Assembly (NCBI GenBank): GCA_964247135.1
Contig: CAXTTL010000010.1
Location: 1 to 36,742 of the forward strand
Reading direction: 5' to 3'
Length of the DNA stretch: 36,742 nt
Origin: an uncultured Deinococcales bacterium
GTDB taxonomy: Bacteria; Deinococcota; Deinococci; Deinococcales; JAAFIG01
The notes beneath the pieces are model-generated. The model searched no databases. It had not been told where the DNA came from and worked only from the letters and a program-made list of their open reading frames with translations. This document shows positions 19,603 to 28,816 of the stretch, one piece after another; position 1 is the first letter of the stretch; the number at the start of each line of letters is the position of its first letter. The position numbers and the translations under genes are program-made.

Positions 19603-20549
19603 GCCTCGAGCCGATTGAGATTGTGGTGGTCGGTTCGTGTAATGTGGACCTGATTACCTACACAAACCGTTTTCCCAAAGTCGGCGAAACCATCGAAGGC
19701 ACAGATTTTAAGCAAGGTTTTGGCGGCAAAGGCGCGAATCAAGCCGTGGCAGCCGCCAAATTGGGTGCGAAGGTCGCCATGATTGCACGGCTTGGCATGG
19801 ACGGTTTTGGCACGCAAACGCTGGCGAATTTCAAAACCCAGAATGTGGATGCCAGCTTTGTCCAGCAACTCGAGGGCGTACCGAGCGGGGTCGCACCGAT
19901 TTTTGTCAATGCCGACGGGCAAAACTTTATCGTGATCGTCTCGGGCGCAAATGCCAAACTGTTGCCTGATGATCTCGAACCCGCCAAAGAACGCTTAAGC
20001 CATGCCAAATTTGTGATTTGCCAACTCGAGATCAAACAAGAGACCGTGCTCGAAGCCTTCAGTATCGCTCGAGCCGCAGGGGTCAAAACCATTCTGAACC
20101 CTGCGCCCGCCACCGCATTGCTGCCAGGTTTGCTCGAGCTGACCGATTTGATTTTGCCCAACGAAACCGAACTGGAGCTTTTAACTGGGAAACCTGTGAG
20201 CACTGTGCTTGAAGCCAGGGATGCGGCAAAAGATTTGATTGTGGCTGGCGCAAAGGAGGTCATCGTGACGCTGGGCGAACGTGGTGCGCTGCACGTCACC
20301 GAACGGGGCGCGGTGCATCATCAACCTCGAGTCGTTGAAGCTTTTGATTCGACGGGCGCGGGAGATGCCTTTATTGGGGCGTTGGTCAGCGCGTTGTCGC
20401 GCGGTTTGGCGATAGAATACGCGATTGAATTTGCCAACGCCGCCGCCGCCGTCAGTGTGACCCGAGCTGGAACGCAAAGCTCTTTTGCAAACCTCGAGGA
20501 ACTGAAACTCGCGCCGCCCCCAAGCGGAACACCGGTCAAAATGGGGTAA
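19599..20549 (+). CDS. rbsK: Ribokinase
   Basis: GGKGANQA, LNPAPA, PNETE, VTLGERG and DSTGAGD. GTGA overlap with rbsD. Confidence 0.95.
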   Translation: MSLEPIEIVVVGSCNVDLITYTNRFPKVGETIEGTDFKQGFGGKGANQAVAAAKLGAKVAMIARLGMDGFGTQTLANFKTQNVDASFVQQLEGVPSGVAPIFVNADGQNFIVIVSGANAKLLPDDLEPAKERLSHAKFVICQLEIKQETVLEAFSIARAAGVKTILNPAPATALLPGLLELTDLILPNETELELLTGKPVSTVLEARDAAKDLIVAGAKEVIVTLGERGALHVTERGAVHHQPRVVEAFDSTGAGDAFIGALVSALSRGLAIEYAIEFANAAAAVSVTRAGTQSSFANLEELKLAPPPSGTPVKMG

Positions 20550-20557
20550 GCCTGGCA

Positions 20558-21166
20558 CTATTTTTTGACTTTTGCAGCCTGGACATCAGGCGAGCGATTG
20601 TTGAGACCAGCCATGATGGTTTTGACTTGCTCGAGTGATTTGTAAATTAAGTCCGTCCAACTGTTTTGGTTCTTTGGGTTGATATAACGCTCAAACACAG
20701 CTTTAAAAATGACGATGCCGGTTTCGGCGCTGAGGTTGGCGGTGATTTCGTCGATCCCGCGTTGCTGTAGCGCCTGGGCAATGCCACGGGCAAGGGCGTT
20801 GAATTTGGTCAGTTCTCGGGCTTGCAACTCTGGGTTTTGCTGAATCACCGCTTGGCGTTGCCGCGACCAGTCCAGGCGATCCGCAAAGATGGGTTCAAGT
20901 GCCTCGAGTCCAGCCGCGACCGCATCGATTGGCGTGGCTGATTTGGCTGCTTGGGTGATGGCGTTGACGACCAGTGCCTGCAATTGGTTTGAACTGCCAA
21001 ACAGCACTTCGCGCTTGTCGCTGAAGTGCCGAAAAAAGGTGCGTTCGGTCAGTCCGACGTGTGCGGCGATTTCGGCGACGGTGGTTTGCTCGAAGCCGCG
21101 CTCGAGATAAAGTGTCAGCGCCGCCTGGGCGAGACGTTGTTGAGCATCAGATTGCCACCGAGCCAT
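20558..21166 (-). CDS. TetR-family regulator
   Basis: TTVAEIAAHVGLTERTFFRHFSDKRE. TAGAAT-N6-ATG. Confidence 0.93.
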   Translation of the reverse strand: MARWQSDAQQRLAQAALTLYLERGFEQTTVAEIAAHVGLTERTFFRHFSDKREVLFGSSNQLQALVVNAITQAAKSATPIDAVAAGLEALEPIFADRLDWSRQRQAVIQQNPELQARELTKFNALARGIAQALQQRGIDEITANLSAETGIVIFKAVFERYINPKNQNSWTDLIYKSLEQVKTIMAGLNNRSPDVQAAKVKK

Positions 21167-21181
21167 GCTGTCATTCTACAT

Positions 21182-21242
21182 GATGACAGTAATTGACATC
21201 AGGATGGAATCGTGTATACTCGTGATGTCAGTGACTGACATC
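21182..21242. promoter_or_regulatory. Two 19-bp palindromic operators overlapping a sigma70-type promoter
   Basis: GATGACAGTAATTGACATC (21182-21200) and GATGTCAGTGACTGACATC (21224-21242). TTGACA-N16-TATACT at 21193-21220. Confidence 0.85.
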
Positions 21243-21288
21243 GATGTTATTCAACCAGTTAAGACCCCCAATTCACGGAGGAAAGATT

Positions 21289-22176
21289 ATGCGCGTATTT
21301 GTGACAGGAGCATCTGGTTTTATTGGTTCAGCGGTCGTCCCCGAACTTATCAACGCGGGTCATCAAGTCATCGGACTGGCACGCTCCGAAGCCTCAGCCA
21401 CTAAACTCGCCGCCGCAGGAGCGAGCGTTTTGCGTGGCGACCTGGGCGACCCCGACAGCCTACGCGCAGGCACAGCCAAGGCAGACGCGGTCATTCACCT
21501 CGCCTACATTCACGATTTCTCGCAAATGGAAGCCGCCGCTCAAGCTGACAGACAAGCCGTCGATATCATGGGCGCGGAGCTTGAAGGATCAAATCGTCCA
21601 CTGGTGATCGCCTCTGGCGTCGCGGGACTGCAATCCAGTAAGATTATCACCGAACAAGACATGCCCAACGGCGCTGCGCACCCACGCGTGGCGACGGCGC
21701 AAGCCGCCCTCGACTTCGCGGCTCGAGGCGTGCGCTCGAGCGTATTGCGTCTCGCGCCCAGCGTCCACGGCGAGGGCGACCCTGGTTTTATCAGCGCACT
21801 GATCAACATCGCCCGTCAAAAAGGCGTGTCCGCTTACATCCAAGACGGTCAAAACCGTTGGCCAGCCGTGCATCGCCTCGACGCCGCTCGGCTGTTCCGT
21901 CTGGCGATTGAAAAAGCCCCCGCCGGTTCAATTTTGCATGGAATTGACGACGAAGGTATCGCCACTCGAGAGATCGCCGAAGTCATTGGGCAAGAACTGA
22001 ACTTGCCGGTGACCTCCATTTCCAACCAAGCTGCCGCCGAGCACTTCGGCTGGATGGCAATGTTCTTTCGCCTCGATGCGCCGACCTCGAGCGCCCAAAC
22101 CCGTGAGTTGTTGGGATGGCAACCCACGCAACCAGGACTGATTGAGGACCTCAAATTGGGTCATTACTTCAAATAG
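21289..22176 (+). CDS. NAD-dependent epimerase/dehydratase (atypical SDR)
   Basis: MRVFVTGASGFIG, VIHLA and NRWPAVHRLDAARL. GGAGG RBS. Confidence 0.92.
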   Translation: MRVFVTGASGFIGSAVVPELINAGHQVIGLARSEASATKLAAAGASVLRGDLGDPDSLRAGTAKADAVIHLAYIHDFSQMEAAAQADRQAVDIMGAELEGSNRPLVIASGVAGLQSSKIITEQDMPNGAAHPRVATAQAALDFAARGVRSSVLRLAPSVHGEGDPGFISALINIARQKGVSAYIQDGQNRWPAVHRLDAARLFRLAIEKAPAGSILHGIDDEGIATREIAEVIGQELNLPVTSISNQAAAEHFGWMAMFFRLDAPTSSAQTRELLGWQPTQPGLIEDLKLGHYFK

Positions 22177-22356
22177 TCCTAAAAGCAACTGAAGTTTGCA
22201 TCGTCAGCCAGTGGAATTCGAACTGAGCTTTAATCACTCCTCAACAAGTCTTGTTCGTGTAATAGTACCGCGTCCAGCTTATTGTGGTGGGTATCTTGGA
22301 CTTTAAATTATCTGCCAGAAGGGAATCTCACCCACCAAATTAAGGCAGACAGGCTA

Positions 22357-22412
22357 GTGGGGTGCGCCCCGCGCACCAACGCTTTAAAGACGGTGCGCAT
22401 GGCGCACCCTAC
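22357..22412. repeat. REP doublet (GTAG-type, REPIN-like)
   Basis: GTGGGGTGCGCCCCGCGCACC-N14-GGTGCGCATGGCGCACCCTAC. The right arm is the reverse complement of GTAGGGTGCGCCATGCGCACC. Confidence 0.8.
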
Positions 22413-22458
22413 AAAATTCTATTCGAGATTCGGGTTGTTGAAAATTCTCAAGCTCAAA

Positions 22459-22845
22459 TCATTTGCCGATGCGTCCAAGGTGCGTGTCTTGGAAGCTCGA
22501 GTTTTTCAGCCCGTAACCAAACGTGCGGTCAAATTCAATGTGTGCCAGCCAGATCAGACCGATGAATGTGGCTGTTGGTAGGCTGGCGATCAAGCCAAAC
22601 GCCCCAAGCCCGATAGGGAAAGCTTGAAAGTGTGCCAGGTTGTAACTGATTGCGCCGACTTTGGGGTTGATGAGGTATCCGAGCATGGCAAAATCTGGCG
22701 TGAAGAACAGCACGGCTGCCAACCACCAAGGGCAACCGAGATGGATTAAGGCTGCGATACAAACGCCCAGCACGGCGGCACCCTCGAGACGCAGATAGAA
22801 GCTTGGGTTGAGATTGAGGTTTTGGGTTGCTGGGTTCTGGTTCAT
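22459..22845 (-). CDS. DUF4260-family membrane protein
   Basis: LRLEG..PDFAMLGYL..GAISYNLAH..AHIEFDRTFGYGLK...FQDTHLG. Confidence 0.88.
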   Translation of the reverse strand: MNQNPATQNLNLNPSFYLRLEGAAVLGVCIAALIHLGCPWWLAAVLFFTPDFAMLGYLINPKVGAISYNLAHFQAFPIGLGAFGLIASLPTATFIGLIWLAHIEFDRTFGYGLKNSSFQDTHLGRIGK

Positions 22846-22870
22846 AAATTTCACCCTTCCTTTCAAGACA

Positions 22871-22940
22871 AACACTGTACGTCTTGAATGCGAACAATGT
22901 ACGCCTTGCATTTTAATTTGTCAAGACTTACACTGTTCAT
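22871..22940. promoter_or_regulatory. Leaderless promoter with three ACANTGT operator-like cores
   Basis: TTGCAT-N17-TACACT-N6-ATG. Cores AACACTGTA, AACAATGTA and TACACTGTT. Confidence 0.6.
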
Positions 22941-23495
22941 ATGCCTTACCCAGCCAAAACCGATCCCGAAAGCATCCTGAGCGCCGCCCTCGAAATGCTC
23001 GAGCGAGACGGACCAGAGGCACTCTCGATGCGCAACCTGGCGACCGCCCTGGCAATGAAAGCCCCCAGTTTGTACCGCCATTACCCAGACAAGGCGGCGC
23101 TCGAGACTGGCCTCAAGATGCGCGGCGCAGCATTGCTGCAAGCCGTGCTCGAGAAAGCCAGCAGCTACCCTGAACCCCGTCAAGCCATGCGAAAAGCCGC
23201 CAATGCCTGCCTCAAATTCGCTCGTGTACATCCGTACCTTTACGACCTGATGCACGCCCCAGGCGGCACGCCGAGCACGGGGGCAGCCAAAGAACTCTGG
23301 AATACCATCCTCGAGATTGTTGGCAACGTCACCGGCAAATCCGACGACACCGCCTCGAGCGTGGCATTCTGGGCGTTTTTGCACGGCTTTTGCAGCCTCG
23401 AGCGCAGCGGGCAATTCGGGGCGAGTGGACCCAAAGCGGGTTTTGAAATTGGACTCGAGGCGTTGATTGTCGGATTCTCGAGCAACATGAAGTAA
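22941..23495 (+). CDS. TetR-family regulator (WHG-type C-terminus)
   Basis: LSMRNLATALAMKAPSLYRHYPDK and FWAFLHGF. Confidence 0.92.
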   Translation: MPYPAKTDPESILSAALEMLERDGPEALSMRNLATALAMKAPSLYRHYPDKAALETGLKMRGAALLQAVLEKASSYPEPRQAMRKAANACLKFARVHPYLYDLMHAPGGTPSTGAAKELWNTILEIVGNVTGKSDDTASSVAFWAFLHGFCSLERSGQFGASGPKAGFEIGLEALIVGFSSNMK

Positions 23496-23562
23496 TTCAA
23501 TTCACACGTCGTTTTGAGCTTTCAAACCAACAAAGCTTCAAGCTGAGGTACAATAAACATCA

Positions 23563-25146
23563 ATGGCGCTCGAATCAAGCATCAAAGACAATTTGCAAAA
23601 CATGGTCTTCGAGGCTTGGGCACAACGAGACGGGGACAGGGAACATGCCAAAGCGCTCGCCGAGTCGGTGCGGCAAGCCGCCGATGGTGACGCGCTGCTC
23701 GAGGTTTGCGCCAATGTGGTCACGGCATACACCATGATGCGTGGCGGTCTGATGGTTGAAGCCTTAAACCTCGTGCTGCCCGCTATTGCTTGGTTTGAAG
23801 ACAAAAACGAGCAACACTGGCTGGCACGTGCTTTCAACGTTCACAATTGCGTGGTTGCTGAAGTCGGTGACTTTGAACGTTGCATTGTCGGGCTTGGCAA
23901 ACAACTCGAGATCAGTCAACGGGTTGGTGATGCTGAAATGCAAGTCAGCGCACTTAACGATTTTGGTGTGGTTTTACTGGAACGCGACCCAGTACGTGCC
24001 GAACAATACTTGATTGATGCCCTCAAAATCACACGTCGCCCAGGTTTAGCGCTTGCCGAAGGGTACGCCCTTTTAAGCCTCACTGAGTTTTCAATCACCC
24101 ACAAACGCCTCGTAGATGCACAGATGTTCCTTGAGCAAGCCTTTGAGGTTGCTCAAGCCAACGCGTTAACCCACGTTGAAACCTATGCCCTAATGTACCA
24201 AGGCGTTCTGGCACTGAACGCCAATGCGCTCGAGGTGGCAGAAAACTTGTTCCAAGAAGCCTTAAACCGAACCAAAGCCAACTTGGAGCGCCCGCTTGCC
24301 GAAATTATGCCATTTATCGTCGAACTCTACCGTCGTTCAAACAGGTTGGAGGTTGCGCAAACCTTGCTCGAGGATCATGTCAAGCTAATGGCAGAGGCGG
24401 GCTTGTTGCCATTTGAAATTCAAGCCCACGAATTGTTGACCGATGTTCTAGAGGAACGTGGTGATCTGGCTGGCGCACTTCATCACAGCCGCAAGCATTT
24501 GCAATTGACACGTCAAATTCACAGCGCCCAAAATGATGACAAAGTCCGTGTACTTGAAGTCTTGCACCGCACCCAATTCGCGCAACGCCGTGCCGAAGAT
24601 GAGAAGCGCAAAAATACCGAACTCGCCGCCACGCTGAATCAACTCGAGGTCTTAAACCAAACCGTGCTCGAGGTCAGCTTGACCGATGAACTCACGGGTT
24701 TGCGCAACCGCCGGTATTTGATGAATCTTGACCTGAACGCTTGGTCTGATCAAAACGTGGCGCTGGCAATCCTTGATCTGGATTATTTCAAATCCATCAA
24801 TGACCAATTCGGTCATGACGGCGGCGACGTGGTGCTCAAAGAATTTGCGCGATTGATCCAAGCGCAAACCCGCAACCGAGACATTGTGGTGCGTTTTGGT
24901 GGTGAAGAATTCGTGATCCTGTTTTGCGATTCCTCGCTCGAGACGGCTCGTGCGGTGCTGGAACGGTTGTCGGCACGACTCAAAGAATCTGCTTTTGCGC
25001 CGTTGACGCTCGAGAAACCCCTAAGCTTTACGGCTGGAATCGTGACCTGCCAGGGCGGCAATATCTTGGAGGCACTCAAACAAGCCGATCAACTCTTGTA
25101 CCAAGGCAAAAACGCTGGTCGCAACCGCATCCAACTCGAGTCTTAA
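23563..25146 (+). CDS. TPR-repeat diguanylate cyclase
   Basis: TDELTGLRNRR, DLDYFKSINDQFGHDGGD, I-site RNRD, RFGGEEF and a helical N-terminus. Confidence 0.93.
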   Translation: MALESSIKDNLQNMVFEAWAQRDGDREHAKALAESVRQAADGDALLEVCANVVTAYTMMRGGLMVEALNLVLPAIAWFEDKNEQHWLARAFNVHNCVVAEVGDFERCIVGLGKQLEISQRVGDAEMQVSALNDFGVVLLERDPVRAEQYLIDALKITRRPGLALAEGYALLSLTEFSITHKRLVDAQMFLEQAFEVAQANALTHVETYALMYQGVLALNANALEVAENLFQEALNRTKANLERPLAEIMPFIVELYRRSNRLEVAQTLLEDHVKLMAEAGLLPFEIQAHELLTDVLEERGDLAGALHHSRKHLQLTRQIHSAQNDDKVRVLEVLHRTQFAQRRAEDEKRKNTELAATLNQLEVLNQTVLEVSLTDELTGLRNRRYLMNLDLNAWSDQNVALAILDLDYFKSINDQFGHDGGDVVLKEFARLIQAQTRNRDIVVRFGGEEFVILFCDSSLETARAVLERLSARLKESAFAPLTLEKPLSFTAGIVTCQGGNILEALKQADQLLYQGKNAGRNRIQLES

Positions 25147-25164
25147 AACGCGTAAACTAAAGTC

Positions 25165-26112
25165 ATGATCGTTCTGGTCGGCAACCATTTTTTACTCGAC
25201 GAAACCGCCCGAGAAACCCTCAAAAAACGCGGTTTTCAACCCCGCGACGTGCCCTGGCTCGAGGGTGAGGATGTGACAGAGGCGGGAATCACTGGGCATT
25301 TGCAGGGCGGTCTGTTCGGACCTGCGGCGCTGGTCGTGAACGTACTGGGCGTCAAAGAATACAAACCGATTGTCGAACTGATTTCCAGTGCGTCAGATGC
25401 CGTGGCAATCGTGCTCGACCCCGAAAATTGGACGAGTTTTGAGACCAGCAGCGAACAAACCCGCAAGAAAAAAGCCCAAGAAGCCAGGGCAAAACATTAC
25501 GAGAAACTCGGTGCGGAATTGCAGGTGCTCGCCACGCCCCTAAAAGGCGCGTTGATCGCCTGGATTGTGACCAGGGCAAAGAAAATGAAACTCGAGCTTG
25601 CCAGTGATGCCGCCAAAACGCTGTCCGAAATTTTCCCCGACGATCCGCCCGCGATTGCCAGTGAACTCGAGAAACTGAGTCTGCTCGACGGTAAAATTGA
25701 TGCCGAAACCGTGCGTCGCGTGGTCAACCACTTGCCGCCGACCACCATCTTCGCGGTTCAGGACGCCATCGCCGCCAAAAAACCCCTTGAGGCAAGCGAA
25801 CACCTCGAGCGATTGTTGAACGCGGGCGAAGACCCTTTCAAACTGCTCGGCGGGATTCAAGCGCAGTACAACCTGCTGGCGAGGGCGTTTGCGCTGCGCG
25901 AACGCGACCCGATGATGAACAAAGACGAGGCGGGCAAAGCCCTCAGCGTTCACCCATTCCGCGCCGAAAAAGCCTTGTTCGCCGCCAAAAAATTAACCGA
26001 GCGCAAACTCAAAACCGACCTCGAGTATTTGCTTTCAGCCGATGTCGGCATGAAAAGTGGACTTGATCCCCGCGTGACGCTCGAGCGACTGATTCTTGAG
26101 TTGAGTATTTAA
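25165..26112 (+). CDS. holA: DNA polymerase III subunit delta
   Basis: ASELEKLSL, TIFAVQDAI, VHPFRAEKA and ADVGMKSGLDPRVTLERLI. TAAACT-N6-ATG. Confidence 0.9.
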   Translation: MIVLVGNHFLLDETARETLKKRGFQPRDVPWLEGEDVTEAGITGHLQGGLFGPAALVVNVLGVKEYKPIVELISSASDAVAIVLDPENWTSFETSSEQTRKKKAQEARAKHYEKLGAELQVLATPLKGALIAWIVTRAKKMKLELASDAAKTLSEIFPDDPPAIASELEKLSLLDGKIDAETVRRVVNHLPPTTIFAVQDAIAAKKPLEASEHLERLLNAGEDPFKLLGGIQAQYNLLARAFALRERDPMMNKDEAGKALSVHPFRAEKALFAAKKLTERKLKTDLEYLLSADVGMKSGLDPRVTLERLILELSI

Positions 26113-26169
26113 ATCACTTGGCTGTAATTGCCAACCACAGCCCTGAGCTTCCAAATCGTTTCAATATTT

Positions 26170-28011
26170 TTAGCCAATCAAACGTCGGCGCACCATCGCG
26201 CTGATAAAATCCAAAACGTTGACCATGACAATCACCACCAACACGCAAACGCCCAATTGTTCGTACTTGCCGCTGCGCATGGTTTCTTGAATCAAAAAAC
26301 CAATGCCGCCCGCGCCAACAAACCCGAGGATGGCAGAGACGCGAAAGTTGATCTCGAAACGGTAGACGGTGTAGGAAACCAACAGGGGCAAAATTTGCGG
26401 CAACACCGCCCAACGCACGACGCTCGTGCCTGGAGCGCCGCCCGCCTCGAGCGCCTCTATGGGTCCTTTGTCGGCGTTCTCGATGGCTTCGGAGTACAGC
26501 TTGCCCAAATCGGCGGAGGAGTGAATCGCCATCGCCAGCACGCCCGCGAACGGTCCCAAACCGACGGCGGAAACGAACACGAGCGCCAAAATTACAGTAT
26601 CCACGCCGCGATTGATGTTAAAGCCAACCCTGGTCAGCACGTACAAAATGCGTCCGACCAAACTTTTGAAAGTCAGGTTGCGAGCCGCCAACAACGACAA
26701 TGGCAGGGCGATCAATGCCGCCAGCGAAGTCCCAACAAAAGCCGTGGCAACCGTGATGGTTGTGGCTTTCAGCACATCGCCCAGAATCCCTTGAAAATCT
26801 GGGTTGATGGCGCGACCCACGATCAGTGACATGAACGGAAATTTCTCGAACAAGACGGACAAATCAAATTCCACGGCGTGAAAGCCAAAGCCGAGCATGG
26901 CAATTAAACCCGCCAGAATCAGACCGCTTTGCAAATCGCCAGCCTCGAGCGCCTCGTCACCGCGCAGCAGCAAACCAGCCCCGCCAAACAGCGCCAGAAT
27001 CGAGAACAGCAACCACGTGCCAAAACCGTATCGCACCTGATCTGGGAAGACGCGGCGCACACCAGCTTCGCTCGAGTCACGACCCAAGCCTGTTTCGGCG
27101 AGGTCGCGTTCGATCACGTAACCTGAGGGCAATTCTGTGGCGCTCGAGATGTTGACCCAGGGTTTGCTGTCACCCACCCGCGCCTGTTGTTCGCGCAACA
27201 AATTAAATTTGCGTCTCGCGTCAAGCCAATCGCTTTGGGCGCGGCTAAACTCGAGTTTGGTCGTGTCGCTCGAGATTGCCAGTCCTTGCTTGGCGTTCTC
27301 GAGTCTGGTTTCGGCGGTTTTGAGGCTGTTTTGCGCCGTTGTCCAGTCGCTCAAGATTCGGGCGCGTTCTTCGTTGACACGATCCAAGTCTTCGTTGAAC
27401 TCTTGGGCGAGCCTCGAGTCGTTGTTTGTGTTGAACGAGCTTGTGACTTTGTAATAACCGCGCAGAGAATCGAAGGTGGTCGGCGCGGCACTGCTGAACA
27501 GGTACACGCCAAAAGCCACCGCCAGCACAGCCCCAACGCCCAATGTGACCAAACGTTGCCGCCCCGCTGGATACATCAGCGCGAGCACACCAGCAATCGC
27601 CATCACGATCAGCGGCAACGCAACCTCGAGCACGCCAGGCAAGCCAGAAATTTGAATCAGAAATTGTGGTTGGGTCGTCCAGAACCACGCCATGCCCAGC
27701 GCCACCGCGCCGAGCAGCACGCCCAAACCCGCCATGACTCGAGTGTTCAGCTTGACGCGCCAAATCAGGAACAGTGCCAGCCCAGCCAGCACGGGCGCAA
27801 TCCACAACCACGACGCAACCCCCGCCAATCCGAGCGGCGTGGGCGTGACCGTGTACCTCGAGAGTGTGCCGTAGACCGCCGAGAAGGGCTGGAGCGCAAA
27901 CGAGAGCACAAGACCCGCCGCACCCGCCACCACGAGCCTTCTTGCCGACCCTCGAGCGAGCAGGGTGGCAAGACTTAAAAGAATCCCAATCACCAAGTAG
28001 GTGGCGGTCAT
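26170..28011 (-). CDS. phnE: Phosphonate ABC permease with a long N-terminal extension
   Basis: C-terminal ALPLSLLAARN, GLGPFAGVLA, GKLYSEAIE and YRFEINFRVSAILGFVGAGGIG. Confidence 0.9.
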   Translation of the reverse strand: MTATYLVIGILLSLATLLARGSARRLVVAGAAGLVLSFALQPFSAVYGTLSRYTVTPTPLGLAGVASWLWIAPVLAGLALFLIWRVKLNTRVMAGLGVLLGAVALGMAWFWTTQPQFLIQISGLPGVLEVALPLIVMAIAGVLALMYPAGRQRLVTLGVGAVLAVAFGVYLFSSAAPTTFDSLRGYYKVTSSFNTNNDSRLAQEFNEDLDRVNEERARILSDWTTAQNSLKTAETRLENAKQGLAISSDTTKLEFSRAQSDWLDARRKFNLLREQQARVGDSKPWVNISSATELPSGYVIERDLAETGLGRDSSEAGVRRVFPDQVRYGFGTWLLFSILALFGGAGLLLRGDEALEAGDLQSGLILAGLIAMLGFGFHAVEFDLSVLFEKFPFMSLIVGRAINPDFQGILGDVLKATTITVATAFVGTSLAALIALPLSLLAARNLTFKSLVGRILYVLTRVGFNINRGVDTVILALVFVSAVGLGPFAGVLAMAIHSSADLGKLYSEAIENADKGPIEALEAGGAPGTSVVRWAVLPQILPLLVSYTVYRFEINFRVSAILGFVGAGGIGFLIQETMRSGKYEQLGVCVLVVIVMVNVLDFISAMVRRRLIG

Positions 28012-28754
28012 AAATCCGCCACGCTTCCGGCGTAAACGCGTTCTTCCTCGAGGTGCGTGAGTTGATCGGGTGTGCCGTCAAACACGAGTTGTCCTTTGTT
28101 AAACCCGAGAATGCGCCCCGCGAAATCTTTTGCCAGGCGCAACTCGTGAATGTTGACGATCACGGTCATGCCGTCGTCGCAAAAGGATTTTAACAAGCCC
28201 ATGATCACCCCAGAAAGTTTGGGGTCAATGCTGGCGGTGGGTTCGTCCGCCAGCATGAGTTTGGGTTCTTGTACCAATGCCCTGGCAATGGCGACGCGTT
28301 GTTGCTGACCGCCAGACAAACTCGAGGCTTTGGTGTACATTTTTTCCTCGAGTCCGACGCGGGTGAGCGCCTGAATGGTTTTGGCTTTGTCGGCTGGAGT
28401 GTACAAACCAAACAAACCGCGCAGTCGGTCATGATAGCCCAACCGCCCAGAAATCACGTTCTCGAAGGCGGTCAGCCGCGTGACCAAATTAAATTGTTGA
28501 AACACAAAACCAATCCGACGTCGCAATTTCCGAAGCTCGCGCCCTTGAGCAAACGCGATGTCCTCACCCTCGAGCAAAATCTGCCCAGAACTTGGATCGT
28601 TCAAACGGTTCAGGCAACGCATGAAGGTGCTTTTGCCAGCGCCGCTGAGACCGATCACGGCAATAAACTCGCCATCCTTGATGCTCAAATTGACGTTGTT
28701 CAAAGCCTTCGTGCCGTCAGGGAAAATTTTGGACAGGTTTTTGACTTCGATCAT
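28008..28754 (-). CDS. phnC: Phosphonate ABC ATP-binding protein
   Basis: GLSGAGKST, FQQFNLVTRLTAFENVISGRLG, LSGGQQQRVAIARAL and ADEPTAS. Confidence 0.93.
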   Translation of the reverse strand: MIEVKNLSKIFPDGTKALNNVNLSIKDGEFIAVIGLSGAGKSTFMRCLNRLNDPSSGQILLEGEDIAFAQGRELRKLRRRIGFVFQQFNLVTRLTAFENVISGRLGYHDRLRGLFGLYTPADKAKTIQALTRVGLEEKMYTKASSLSGGQQQRVAIARALVQEPKLMLADEPTASIDPKLSGVIMGLLKSFCDDGMTVIVNIHELRLAKDFAGRILGFNKGQLVFDGTPDQLTHLEEERVYAGSVADL

Positions 28755-28816
28755 GGCGTGTCCTCAAAAGAAGCTGCGCGAGGTGAGATTCACCCCGCGC
28801 AAGACTCGAGCCGTGC

